A stretch of 63,076 nt of DNA, filler included, from Sphacelaria rigidula (lineage: Eukaryota), in NCBI GenBank assembly GCA_964200075.2. It is 4 parts of 4 records of this genome, joined end to end, with 100 filler letters (N's around TTAATTAATTAA, not from the genome) between each part and the next. Parts side by side here need not be neighbours in the genome. Positions count along the whole stretch, not along the records: positions 1 to 15,696 come from CAXNAA020001640.1; positions 15,797 to 31,491 come from CAXNAA020001641.1; 2 more parts are not named here. One strand, 5' to 3'. The translations under genes and the position numbers were made by a program. Of this stretch, positions 12,990 through 25,000 are shown piece by piece. Each line of letters starts with the position of its first letter. Position 1 is the first letter of the stretch. The notes below the pieces were generated by a model. The model saw only the letters and a list, made by a program, of their open reading frames with translations. It was not told where the DNA came from and did no database searches.

Positions 12990-15227
12990 CTGCGAGATGT
13001 GAGTTACAACACGCGGGGGTGTTGAGATTGAGTGAGGCTTGTGAGAAGCTGGAAGCTGTCCGGAGATCACTCTGATGTGTCATGGCGGGACGGACGATAT
13101 AGCACGTTATTTGTGCAGAAAGCGAACAGTTTACCCATTGAACCAGTGAGCACTCACTGGTTTGATGCTGTGTGACAATAGTGCATGATGGTGCAGTCCA
13201 CATTGCGAGAACAGTGAACAGTGTGCGAGGAATATCCGGCGGCGCAGTGCCGTACATCACTGGAAATGCAGCGACGACAAAGTAGGGAGTATAGTGCCGT
13301 TCGTTGTGGGATATATACTTACCATCCCCGCAGAGTAAGGCGCCTAAACTTCTCGGACGGCCCTCGAAGTCCGTGCCAAGCTGCTCGAGTAGCTGGTGCG
13401 AGTAGGTTCGACCTGTGCTGTCACGAGACTGTCTGCTGCTGCGGCTTACACGACTCGACTCTTTGCCTCATAACTCAGTTATAGCAACAAAGCGAAGCGG
13501 TGTACATTCTGTGCCGAGTGAGTTATAGATGATAACTTATCGCTGCAAACTCTGGCCGGATGCGCAGGTGGACGCTTTACTACACCCTGCGGCAACCGTA
13601 TGAAATTGCAGACCTTGCGGGCGACCCTGTGGCGACCCCCTACAAGATCCAAAACTCTCTGACGACCCTCTACGCGATGTGCGCGGTTGTCGGCGGTTGC
13701 TTCACACATCAATTTATGCGGGTGAGCATCAATACAGGATCTTGGCACAGCAATTCACAGGTGTTACGCCGGGGAATTTCTTCTGTTTCCAATATCGTCT
13801 TTTGAACGCCCCCGCAAAAGACGGTGAAAAACGGTGGATGATGCCATATATCCCGATTTCGCAAGGACGGTTCGCACCTGCTGTGCGTGCAGCAACGGCT
13901 CAGACAGCGGCGCTCAGGAGGAAGGATCTCACGCGTGGACGATCACGGTATGTTGATATATAGTCGGGTAATTCCTCTTGCAAATCGCAACGGAAACAGT
14001 GCTGTATGCAATGAGTTAGGGTAGAATCCGTGCAGCTCAGGATGAACACCACCCCCCCTCTGAAACCTGACCTCCGGTGTAATGGGAGAGCACGGCACTT
14101 GCGTAACACCGGTGGGAGGTACACAGAACAATGTTTTACCATGTAAACAAACAATGTTTCTTCTGCCAAAGGATCCACGTAAATCCAACGATGTGTGTGG
14201 CATCCAGTTCCCCGTTGTCGACGACGGATGCAACACGTGCTCCTCTCGCGGTCAAGTAGACGACCCTGGATCGCGACTGTACTTCGTCTACCATCAACCA
14301 GGACCAGATGAAAGCAATACCCGGCGTCATCTTGGCACGGCACGGTCATCGGAGGCTCGACTGGATCTGAAGTCGTGTTCAGGTGGTAATGGTCTACGAA
14401 TGGCTGCGTTTCTGCACAACCACCAACCTACTGCAGATTGCTTATGGAGGCGGCAGAATTGTTTGTGGCGGTCCCTTGACCGACACAGGGTTAGGAGTTG
14501 CAAAGTCCCTCCCTCCGCTTTGCTGCACACCCGCAACCGTTGGTGTCACTCCCTCCCTACCCCTGCCATATAGTAATTGCTCGACTTTGTTGCAGAAGCA
14601 CACCATAAAGTAATTGCGCCCATTGAGGCGGGGCGCGTGGTGGGGCTCGAAGATGTTCGTTCCTGGCTGACCGAAGCCAGAACCTCAGCAAACGCCCGGG
14701 TTGTTCTAGACAAGCGCATCAGGGAGTAAGATGCGGGGGTGGCGGCCGGCGCAGTCGAAGCCAAGCTTGAAAAACTAAGCGGGTCGAGGGGACTGCATAC
14801 GAAATACGGCGGAAATGCATTCACAATATCTCATTCCTTCGGTGGTGGCGCCCGAGGTAGCCATGGCGGCAGCCGTTGAACTCAGACGTACTGTCCATCA
14901 AAGTGGATACTAAAAAAGTAGATCTAGCGGAGGTTGTTACCTCGCGTTCGAAAGCTGTTGTTTCTAGTCAGTGTATCAGCCTTCCAAACTCGCGAATGCC
15001 GCGGAGTTGCTTTACAGCTTTGCACTCTTCTGAGGGTTCAGCTACCAGCGGGGATGAGGTTCTGGCTCGCGAAGTGTATCGCACTGAACTGAAGCAGGCC
15101 GTTTCTCGTAAAAGCTGTGTGGCTGAAACCTAAAACAAGGACGAGGCTCTCGCTAGAATTATGGTTGAAGTGGATGAAAAAGCCAGTAAGAATACTTCTA
15201 CAGAATGGCAAGAAGAACACAGACTAA

Positions 15228-15394
15228 GGCGGTGTCTTATCAAATTGTTTTTGAGTCCAAAACGCACGGTGGATTCAAATTTGCTCGTACCTGATACTTG
15301 CGTGAGAAAATTAGTAGCGTGGACGAATCAGAAACAAGCGAATTCGATTCGACCGCTCGTTTTTGACATCGAAACAACTTGATAAGACACGGCC
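15228..15394. mobile_element. Tourist/PIF-Harbinger-like MITE with TAA target duplication
   Basis: TAA|GGCGGTGTCTTATCAAATTGTTT ... AAACAACTTGATAAGACACGGCC|TAA. Confidence 0.8.
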
Positions 15395-15489
15395 TAAGTC
15401 GTATGCTCAGGTGGCTAGGACCACTCCTCCCAACCGAGAGAAAATGATTGATTCTCGTGAATCCCCAACACTCATGTTTCACTCATTTG

Positions 15490-15696
15490 TCTCCCAGCAC
15501 GCCCGAGAGGCAGAGAGAAATCGATCTTCCCGTTTGCGAAAGGCAAGAGGAGACGGCGGGATCTCTCCGCACGTCGATGTTCTGGCACATGAAAAAATTG
15601 GCACATGCTGGTAAGATCGATATGATGCCAGCCTCTCGAGAGTTTGGTAATCGCCGAGCGGGGACACACAAAAGACGCGGGCGAGGAGCTTTCTTT
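15490..15696 (-). repeat. Dispersed repeat, inverted relative to 29378-29575
   Basis: The reverse complement shares AAGCTCCTCGCCCG, GGCGATTACCAA, ACCAGCA.GTGCC and GAAGATCGATT.CTCTCTGCCTCT with the 29.4-kb copy. Confidence 0.75.
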
Positions 15697-15796
15697 NNNN
15701 NNNNNNNNNNNNNNNNNNNNNNNNNNNNNNNNNNNNNNNNTTAATTAATTAANNNNNNNNNNNNNNNNNNNNNNNNNNNNNNNNNNNNNNNNNNNN
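15697..15796. other. Assembly gap with artificial linker
   Basis: N44-TTAATTAATTAA-N44, exactly 100 bp. Confidence 0.97.
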
Positions 15797-15959
15797 CTTT
15801 ATAAAAAGAGCGCCCCCCCCCCGGCGACAGGGGCGACTTTGGAACAACCATAGAGAACACAACCCCCCCCCCCCCCCCCCCCTATCGCAGGAACAGGAAA
15901 AAATCGGAGGACACAGCAGGGAAAATGAAACGCGTTTGATTTAAGCGCTGGTGCTGGGG

Positions 15960-16993
15960 GGCGTTGGGGGTAGCACTTACAAGACGTATAAGGCGCGTTT
16001 TGAAGCGTGGGAAAATATGCGCAATGCCAGGGAAAATCATCATGGATGACTGAAAACGATGAGCCGGATGTTGTGATCAATGCCCTGACCGATTTTATGG
16101 CTATGCGATGTTTCGTACACAACAACCAACAACCCACCATGAGAGATTATCTCGCCGCCATCAAGTTTTTTTCACAAAGTATATGTCGGTTGGGACTTAT
16201 CTACAACGCACGGCAGAATTCGGGCTGTGGAAATAGAGATTGATAGGGCACACGGATCGACTCAGGGAAACCACACATCAGGCGGCCGTTGACTTGGTCA
16301 TTGCTAGAACAAGGGCGACAGATAACAATCGAGGACCCTGATGAGGGTCATGTTATGTGGCTTGGTCTCGCCCTCTCGTATATTTTGCTGTGCAGGGCAT
16401 CCAAGGTGTAGGCGTACCCCGACGGTATCGTCCATCCAGAATTCTGCTCAACCCGCAATTGCATCAGTGTTTGCCGGGGAGACGTACAGTGAGATTTTGC
16501 GAACCACGCGTTTGCGAACCGAGTGAACGTTCGCTTCGTTGCCTCCAAATCCGTTCAAAAAAGCACAGGTTACATCATTACGAGAACGAGGATAGTCGAT
16601 TCGGTTCGATCGGGTGGAGTACCGGCGGGCGCGTTCGAGGCGCTGTTGGACTTGCTGGACGTGCACCCAGAACTGCCAGGCCACGCACCTCTGACCACGC
16701 GAGCCACGCCGATGGGATGGACGGCATTTACTCGGATTGAAGCAGTAACCGCGTTAAGAACCATGGTCAGCCGTGCGGGTAGAGATTCGTCCCAATACAC
16801 TTTACACTCAGGCAGGATAGGTGGGGACACCCAACTAGCGGCTCGAGGAATCCCCGAACTGCAGATCCAACGAGCAGGACGGTAGAACTCGAGGGCGTTT
16901 ATGGTATATGTCAGGGAGGCGAGGGAGGGCGCAGAGGGTGCCTCCGCCGCGCTAGGGGAACAGAGCGTAAGGCAGCCAGATGTTCAAGAATAG
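15960..16993 (+). pseudogene. Tyrosine recombinase pseudogene
   Basis: N-terminal TMRDYLAAIKFF; SYILLCRAS (first catalytic R region); YTLHSGRIGG...QIQRAGR*NSRAFMVYVR, matching the HSxRxG...GRW.S..F..Y.R signature. TGG>TAG at 16883-16885 plus frameshifts. Confidence 0.88.
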
Positions 16994-17031
16994 GGCCTAA
17001 TGAGCTACTCGACTGTCAATCAGGCTCGCTT

Positions 17032-17282
17032 AGTGGGGGAGAGTTGGATAGCTCCGCAAGGGATAGCAATAACATAATCGTCAGCATCGATGTTCGGGTT
17101 AGTCTGATCTATAGTATGTAGTGGTTGATGAGTTGATGGGGACAAAAATGCACAGAGCGCATACCGCATTGAGTCCGATTTGCTTTCGTTGCGGGTATTT
17201 TAATTTGTGGTAATTCTTGTCGGACACTGCCGTACGTAGAAACGGGACAAAACATAATTCCAAAATTCTTGACCCGAAGCAA
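17032..17282 (+). repeat. Split direct repeat B1
   Basis: ~88% identical (hand count) to 17675-17925. Confidence 0.9.
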
Positions 17283-17674
17283 CATGTAGCGCTCAGTACG
17301 AAGCGGTGTTTGCGGAGGCGTGTACGAATGCTGACGATGTGGGTACGTACAGAAAAATGTGCTTATATATGCTGTACGTCGTCTGCCCTTGTTTCTCAGC
17401 TGCAGTACCGCTGCTGGTAGAAACGTTGGCCATCGCAGCTAGGTTGCCACAGTTACCAGACACACGAAAACAGAGAGTATCACCAGCAACGAGTAGCCTC
17501 CATCTAGCAACGGCGTATTGGTCTATGCACACAAATATGTAGAAGTAGTCAAGAACTAGCGCGCTTCGCAGAGGATCGATCGAGTTTCCCACCCGCCACC
17601 CCGTCGCTCAAGAAAAGGTGGAACCAGAGTGCAAAAACTGGATAGGTGACTGTGCGGAGTGGCACGGCCGTAAC

Positions 17675-17925
17675 AGTAGGGGGAGAGGTTGATAGCTCCG
17701 CAGGGGATAGCAATAACATAACTATCTGCGTCAATTTTCGGGTTAGCCTGATCTATGGTATGTAGTGGCTGATGAGTTGATGGGGACAAAATGCACCGAG
17801 TGCATACCGCATTGAGTTCGATTTGTTTTGGTCGCGGGTATTTTAATTTGTGGTAATTCTAGTGGGACACTGCCGTACGTAGAAACGGGACAACACATAA
17901 TACCAGAATTCTTGGGTCGCAGCAA
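17675..17925 (+). repeat. Split direct repeat B2
   Basis: Direct copy of 17032-17282; both end in AGCAA. Confidence 0.9.
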
Positions 17926-17948
17926 AACAGTAGTTATGAGTAGAAGGG

Positions 17949-18548
17949 TGTTATCAGAGGTATAGTGGAGCATGACTGCAGTACCGCATTGGGGAGGCTT
18001 TGACAGTTTCTACAAGTTTGACATAGATACGTTTGATGTTGACGCTGATGCAGGAGAACTGCACAGACTGTGTTGATTCGGATGCGAGGGGGTCAAGAGT
18101 CTGGAATATATCCTTTGGCCAGGAGTGTCTGATTGGATGCTTAGAAGCGGTTGGGTGGCGAGTAGAGTAGCCAAGAGCTGTCTAGATAGCGAATAGAATG
18201 TGACGACCAGGTGCGGAGCATCTCCTCGTGGTGTTTTGGAGTGGGCCGTGCAGAGTTTGGCACGCCCCACCCTCGTCCAGTTCCCACCATCCCCACAGCA
18301 ACTGGGCTTTGGTTTTCTGCAAGACTACAAGGTGCAAATCAAAGACTGATGAAGCTCTACACGACCCGAGTGTTGGCTACTTTTCTCCAGCAACTACTAC
18401 ACCCTTCCACAAAGAGACATCCCCTGCTACCACCTCCGCAGCTTGCCTCAGCTCCGAGTGTTAGTCCCACAACAGTAGCACAGACACAAGAATCTACACG
18501 CGAGAAGAAGGAACCTCCGTGTCTCAAGAGTAAAGGTCGGGTTCCTTA
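17949..18548 (+). repeat. 5' LTR
   Basis: Direct repeat of 28236-28837; begins TG and is followed by TGGTGTCGACG. Confidence 0.9.
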
Positions 18549-18551
18549 TAG

Positions 18552-18567
18552 TGGTGTCGACGATTGG
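18552..18567 (+). promoter_or_regulatory. Putative primer-binding site TGGTGTCGACGATTGG
   Basis: TGG-initial motif 3 nt after the 5' LTR and absent after the 3' LTR. Cognate tRNA not determined. Confidence 0.6.
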
Positions 18568-18621
18568 TCTTCTGTGCTGCTGCTTGGGGGATTTCGGGTG
18601 TCTGCTCGAAGCGCTTTGGTC

Positions 18622-20950
18622 ATGTCAGGTGCGTCGGGTGCTCGTGGTAAGAGTGGGGGGAGAGGTCCGGTCACACGGTCTCAGCGGTCTGCTGCGGCCC
18701 CACACCGGGCTGCATCCCCGCGTCGGGTTGCGGCGCGCGCGGCTAAAGCGGCGCGTGGTGATTGTGGGTCGGATGCGTCGAGGCGTAGCGTACATTCTGC
18801 TCGCATATCGGATATTCCAGAAAGTTTCTCTCACGAGTTGAATTGTAAAGCTGCACAAGAGGGGATTCTATAAAATGAGGTTGATCAATGAAATGAGGTT
18901 TGAGGGGACTAGCCAGTATGCGACAAAACCCGAGGGATTTACCACCCGCAAGTGCCTTCGATCATTTTAGGGGGAGGGGGCGTACTCATTTGTTGCTTGC
19001 CTCGGTCGTTGGACTATTGACCTTTCGAGACGGGGCGTGGTCGATGGTCAAACGACTAAGGCCACCAAATGAGTACGCCCCACCCCCCGAAAATGATCGA
19101 AGGCACTTGCGAACGGTACTTCCCTCGGGTTTTTGTTGCATATTGGCCAGCCTCCTCAAACCTCAGTTCATTGATCAACCTTATTTTATAGAATCCCCTG
19201 TTACATGTTCGTGAGAAATCCCCTCTGTCGTCGGAGGGTAAGGCGGGTGCGTCGGGGTCAACCCCACTAGGTAAGGGCATGGTTGGTAAGGTTAAAGGGG
19301 GTAAGGTTACGGTTAGTACGGGTGGGAGGAAGGCGGCTTAGGCCCCCGAATCCCCGGAAAAGGGTAGAGAGGCTTTGGTACGTGAGGTAGACCCCGGTCC
19401 CCCTTATGAGGGCTTGCCGGTAGTCGGTGGTGGGGTTTGCGGTTGGTGTGTCAATGACGATTCGATCGTCGACGGACGCCGACGGTTTGATCCCAAACTC
19501 CTGGCACAGTTAGAGGGGGAATCTAGCTCCGCCTATTTGGGCAGTGATGGTCAAGCGGCGGCGGCACTTCCGCCGGTTCGTAGGTTGAGTGCGACCTCGG
19601 TATCCTGTGAGGTCGTCCAGAGAGATGTATGTGACGGTGGAGATACCCGTCGCCGTGATAATAGCGACGTCGTTGGGTGTGACGGCGTTGAGAGAGACCG
19701 TGATGGGCGGTTACGGCGGGGCAACGGTCTTCACAGTGTGTCGGTGAACCCCCCGCGTGAATTGTGTTTGGCTATTCCCGCAGATGCTGTGAGACGGTGG
19801 ACCCGTTCGGCACGGCATACTGCCGATGCTGTCGAGGTAGGTGTACCGGCTGCGGCTGGGGCGGGAGATTCCGGTTGGGACCGCGGCGAACCTTCGGAGG
19901 TGGAGGTGCCGTTGGCCCGGTTGTCGGAGCCGCATATTGTGTTCTGGCGTGAAGAGTGCCCGCAGGTGCGGTCGACGCGCGGGCTCATGCGCGCGCTTCA
20001 CGCGCTGAATGCGGGTAGCCGGCCGGGTTGTGGACAAGACGGGCTTTCGAGGCGCCATCATATAAGGTGCGTGGAGTCCGACGTTCTGAAAGTGCCGAGT
20101 GTTGTTTTGCAAATTGCGGATTCGGTGTCAAGTGTGACTCGTTTGCTGGCAGAAAGTGCATCGAGGTCGGATACCCTGGCGTACTTGGTGCAGGTTATTA
20201 GTAAGGGACTTACTTGTCTCACTCTGGACGCCGTTTTACGAGAGTTGATTAATATCCGAACGTCCGAGGGGACAAGTTTTGCGGACTATTTGTGGAATCT
20301 CCGCATTTTCGTGACGTTTGCTCAATATCTGGGAGCCGAGATGACTCCGGATCAGGCCCGAGTGCAGTCGGCAACTAAAACGGTCATCGAGGATCAGTTC
20401 CACGGGATTAGTGGTCACGTGTTTGCGGGTCGCGAAGATTGTGCGATGCCATTTGACTCTCTCGAGTCGCTGATGGGCAAGTTGGACCAGTTCAGATCCG
20501 CATGCGCTGCGACTCGTGCAGGGTTTTGGAGGGTTGGCGGCGCGTAGCCGGTATCCGCCCAAGGCACGTCAGGGTAGGTCTTCCGACGGGACCGTGATGA
20601 GCATCACGGAGATGCGCGATCTCCCCGGCGAGGATCGCGAGATGGAACATGTCTATATGGTGGGGCGGGGAAATTCAGCCAGGTTCGGCAAGAGCAGGGA
20701 CCCGCCGTTCTATGAGCCTTTCCCCACCCGGGAGCTAAAAAATAAAGCGCGGGAGGCATTTGGGCTATATTGGCTCAACTGCGGCAGCGCTGAGCACACT
20801 TTGGCTCGCGAGTGTCCGGAGGAGTATATTAATAAATCGGGTTTGATACCTCACTCGATAGGGGAGGGGACGTCGAAGGAAGTCCGCCAGAAATAGGTGC
20901 GGTGGCAGCGCCGCCTGCGCTCTTACCTCGTCGACAACTATCCTCGTAAT
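18622..20950 (+). pseudogene. gag-like ORF, disrupted
   Basis: ATG at 18622 (MSGASGARGKSGGRGPVTRS), a 390-aa open stretch at 19375-20547, and a degenerate zinc knuckle WLNCGSAEHTLARECP at ~20770-20818. Interrupted by a MITE and stops. Confidence 0.7.
18856..19203. mobile_element. Foldback MITE (TAACA...TGTTA family) inserted in gag
   Basis: 348-bp almost fully palindromic element. TIR AGGGGATTCTATAAAATGAGGTTGATCAATGAA matches 148-274. CA on both flanks. Confidence 0.9.
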
Positions 20951-22089
20951 AATTGAGGTTGCGACGGTAAAGTTCTGGCCACTTTATCGGCAGCACAAGG
21001 TTCAGTGCAACATGATGCTTGTCGAGCTCAAAAAGGTCGGTCGCCTGTGTCATTGGTTCCACAGCAGGCCGAGCCTGCCATATGTGGCGAATCGTCTGTC
21101 ATCTCCCGTTGGCACAGCGTGGACTATGGCAAGGAGGCAGCGTACATTCTGCCTGGGGGTGTCGGTAAAGGTGAGGGGGGGGGGTTCTGTTGTGGAGGTA
21201 GCCGCGGGGTCTGGTCAACTTCCGAGGGATACTTGCGAGACGGAGGCAGACCCGGCGCTTGGTACGAAATCTACCGTGCGCCAGGCTCGCGGGGTGGAAT
21301 TCGACCGACGGGGAGGGGACAGGTCTCGGGGTAGCGCCCCGGACGGTCTCTCTTCCATCAGTGGTGTGGGTGCGCGGACACAAGGGCCACTGGTGCAGGT
21401 TAGCTGTCGCGGTGAGCGTTGCATACGTCCGACAGCCGCTAGGGACAAGGACGGTCCTGATGTGACGGTACCGTGACATGGTTTGGAGAGCCCAACAGGT
21501 GAATTCATCCTGGGTGAGGAAAACATGTCGCATCACGGCGCTCGGGGCTCACGATGTTCTCGGAGCCGTTCCCCTCAGAAGGGGGCGGTTCATGTGCTAC
21601 CATGTGGGGGCCTGCCCTCTCTGGCTCCGGACCAGCCGGGGGCGGGCCAGGCTTTGACCGCCTTTCCTTGCGGAGAATGTCGGTGGAAAGGCCATCCGGT
21701 CTTAACACACTTCCGGAGAGGTCACTCCGGGGACCACTGCGGGCGCGGCGCCAAGCAGTGTGGTTGATGTACCCAACCACGTGAAACTGTGTGGTCCCTC
21801 CCGAGGAACGGGAACATCCGAGGCTGTTCACTCTGCACGGTCTGTGGCTGGAATTTCCAACGAAGGTAGTCCGATTGGCGTGGAAGAGCTTTTTTCTAAA
21901 CCCTTCGGGAAATCGTTTGAATAGTGTAGATCCACTACCTCGTACCACCGATCCCATCCCCTGTCAGGTACCGCGCGGGCGGCAAGGCGCGTTCTTACAG
22001 AAAATAGCGGAGCTCTTCGGCGGATATGTGTCCACCGACCGCGCTAGGAAGGCGGCTGGGGTGAGGGTGTTTGGCGGACCTAAGGCGAT

Positions 22090-25000
22090 CCGCATGTGGG
22101 ATTGCTCGGCTTTGCTCGATAGTGGGAGCCCTGCGACGTTCATCCTGGAAAAGGTATGGATGCCTATGGTTGCCTATGGGGCTGGATCTGGTGACGCGAC
22201 GCGGGAGTTTCATCCTGTGTCGTGGGGCGGGTTCAATGGAGTGCCTCTGAGAACATGCTCACAGGTGCGTTTGAACATCCGTTTTGTGGACGGCTCACGC
22301 AAAGGTCGGACAACTGGCGCGAGTGCTTGTTTCGCGATTCATGCACATCTTGTCCCGGAAGGCACTATGTCGTACGATTTGCTGCTGAGCCGTGATGGGT
22401 TGCCTCAGTTCCCGGTACGTTCGTATCGTGATGTTAGTGAGGTTAAAACCATAATGTCGCTCGCAAAGCCCGCTATGGCTGTTGGACCCACCCCGTTTGA
22501 TCGCTGGGTTCAAAACGCCGTGGGCATGATTGAACAGTCGACGATGTCTGATGAGGAGGTTGTCGTGGATTTTTCAGGGAAACCTGAGTTGGCTGTGACG
22601 CACGAGTTGACGTGGGCTCCCATCACGCTGCGTACGCCGGGGGGGGATCCTGCCCCGGAGATAATTATCATGTGTCTTTCGAGGCGGAGTGTGGTCCCCG
22701 TCAGAAATGGCTGTGAATGCGGGGGATTCAATCATTTCTTTGCCGTTTACTGACGTGGAGTGTGCGCTGGTCTTACCGGGGATGAAATTGGGGTCAGCAG
22801 GGCTGCCGTTGGTACCTTGTTCGCTCAACGATGCGAACATTTTCAGGTTGCCGGACCCGGCATCGACCGCTGTTCTTGCAGTCAACACTTTCTACGATAG
22901 CCCCCCCAAAAATCCAGCGAAAAGTGTCACGAAAAAAATGGCCATACAGTGCCTGATGTTCGGGTTCAGGCTGCATGAACCGCCTCATATTGACGACATT
23001 GACTAGAACGAACCCAAGCGTGGGGACTCGCGGCTTTTCGTTGTGCTCGGCTTTTCCTATTTCGATTTACGTCAAGATTTTGCCTCCCAAAACCATGCAC
23101 TTTTGGGGAGGGGGGCTATCGTAGAAAGTGTCAGTCGAGCCGCCACTACCGGAGCCGCCGGAGGCCATGTTCGGTGATCTATGTGCGGAGAAACATGCCG
23201 CGTTCCGTCGCTTGTGAGGACGTATTCTTCCCCACTTACATAGCATCATTTTCGGTTTACAGAACAAGAACTGGCAGGTGGAGGATATTGATAACTTGGC
23301 GGATGTGCTGTGCAAACTTTCTCACAGATTTTCGGTGAATAAAATGGATTTGAGGTACTGCACGGTGGATTCATTCAAAATCGAGTTGAAGCCGGGGGCT
23401 AACTCCATCAAACAACGGCCGTACCGTCCCAACCCGGCCACGCAACAGAAGGTACAGGTTGAAATTGGCCGGTTGTTAGCGGCGAGGCTCCTGCGACGTT
23501 CTTATTCCAGTTGGAGCTCTCCGTTGGTGGTGGTAGACAAGAAGGATGGAGGTATTCGGTTGACGTGCAATTGTCGGATACTCAATGACGCCACTGTTAT
23601 CCCGGTCCTGCTGCCCATTCCTACTATCGACGGCTGTTGGAGATGAGCTTGGGGGTGCTAAGGTTTTTCTTGCCTTGATATTCTGTCGGGATATTTTAAC
23701 ATGTCCATTCACCCTGCCATTCCACTAACCGCTGTGTGCACTTAATCGGGATTGTACGAATGGTTGGTGATGCCCATGGGATGCAGTGGAAGCCCGAGGT
23801 GGATTCAATTCATCATGGCTCGGGTATGTGAGGGTCTGATGCGGTGCTGGTTGTATATCGATGATATTTGCACCTTCAGTGCAAGTGGGGCTGAACACGT
23901 GAATGATTTGTCGGCCTTTTTGGAACGCCTCGCCAAATTCAACCTTAAATTGGCGCCGAAGAACGCTCACGTGGGGGCGGGTGAGGTCACTTTCCTTGGT
24001 CATCGTATCTCGGCTGACGCAATTTCGTCTGACCCTAAGAAGGTATACGCTGTGTGCCTCATGCCGATGCCTACCTCCGTGACTGAGTTGCGTTCGCTTA
24101 TGGGGGGGTTGAGTTACTACCGTAAATTCATACCTAAAATGGCGGCCCGCACCAAATCCATTAACGGCCTGTTGAGAAAGGGGGTGGAGTTTCATCTCAC
24201 GCCGGAACCTGAGGAAACGGTGCGCGAAATTCTGGGAGAGTTATCCGGTCCGAAACATTTCTCTTTCCGGATTACGGTGGAGCGGTGTCGGGTGGGCGTT
24301 CGTTCATGTTGGTTACAGACCCGAGCAAAGATGGTTTGGGGGCGGTGGTGGAGTAACGCCATTCGGAAGGTGGCGTGCGGCCGTTGTGTTTTTTGAGCGG
24401 CAGTACTTTGCCTAACGAGCGTAGCTGGACTGCCACCGAGTTGAAAGCGAGTGCGATTGTTTGGGCTGTCAAGAATAACCGGCCGCTGTTCCAAAATTGC
24501 AGCGACCATCAACCTTTGCGTAGTTTGTTCGGTCTTGGTGAGAAAGTGCCTAGAGTCCAGCGTTGGCAACAGTTTCTCAGTGCTTACACCTACGAAATCT
24601 TCAACAAGCCTGGGATGACTAGTTCCAACGCCGACATGCTATCGCACCTTCCTTTCGCTCACAGCGAAGAAGATGTAAGTGGTCGTTTTCGCATCTCTGA
24701 CCCGGATGATTTAGATGTTTAATTTATCGGTGCTAGTGGGGTGACCCCGCGGGATTTTGAGTCCTCCCATCTTGCCAGCTTGGATAGGTTTCCCTTTATC
24801 TAGTCTGGTCCCCTTGTTTCGAGCTTGGATGAGCTTGCTCCTCGGGGTATTTTCAGGGGAAGGGAGTGCACAGTCGGCCGCTGCACTGACTTCGTCAGAG
24901 ATAGCGGATGTCACATGGGATCGGATTCAGGAGAGACTGAAGTCAACGAGTTCTACACCAGGTTGGAAGGGACCGGTAGTGGTAAAGGATGACTCACGGC

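Larger units (their letters stand above)
15930..17925 (+). mobile_element. 3' part of a tyrosine-recombinase retrotransposon (Ngaro/DIRS order) with split direct repeats
   Basis: YR pseudogene followed by repeat B1 (17032-17282), a ~390-bp spacer and repeat B2 (17675-17925). The 5' part is not visible beyond the gap. Confidence 0.8.

Noticed and set aside
15741-15752. TTAATTAATTAA as a biological motif (also at 31536 and 47330)
   Set aside because: Always centred in exactly 100-bp N blocks, so it is an artificial six-frame-stop linker. Adjacency across these gaps is unverified.
15797-15890. Long poly-C and poly-G runs as G-quadruplex elements (also 38205-38300)
   Set aside because: Directly adjacent to gaps; likely low-quality contig ends.
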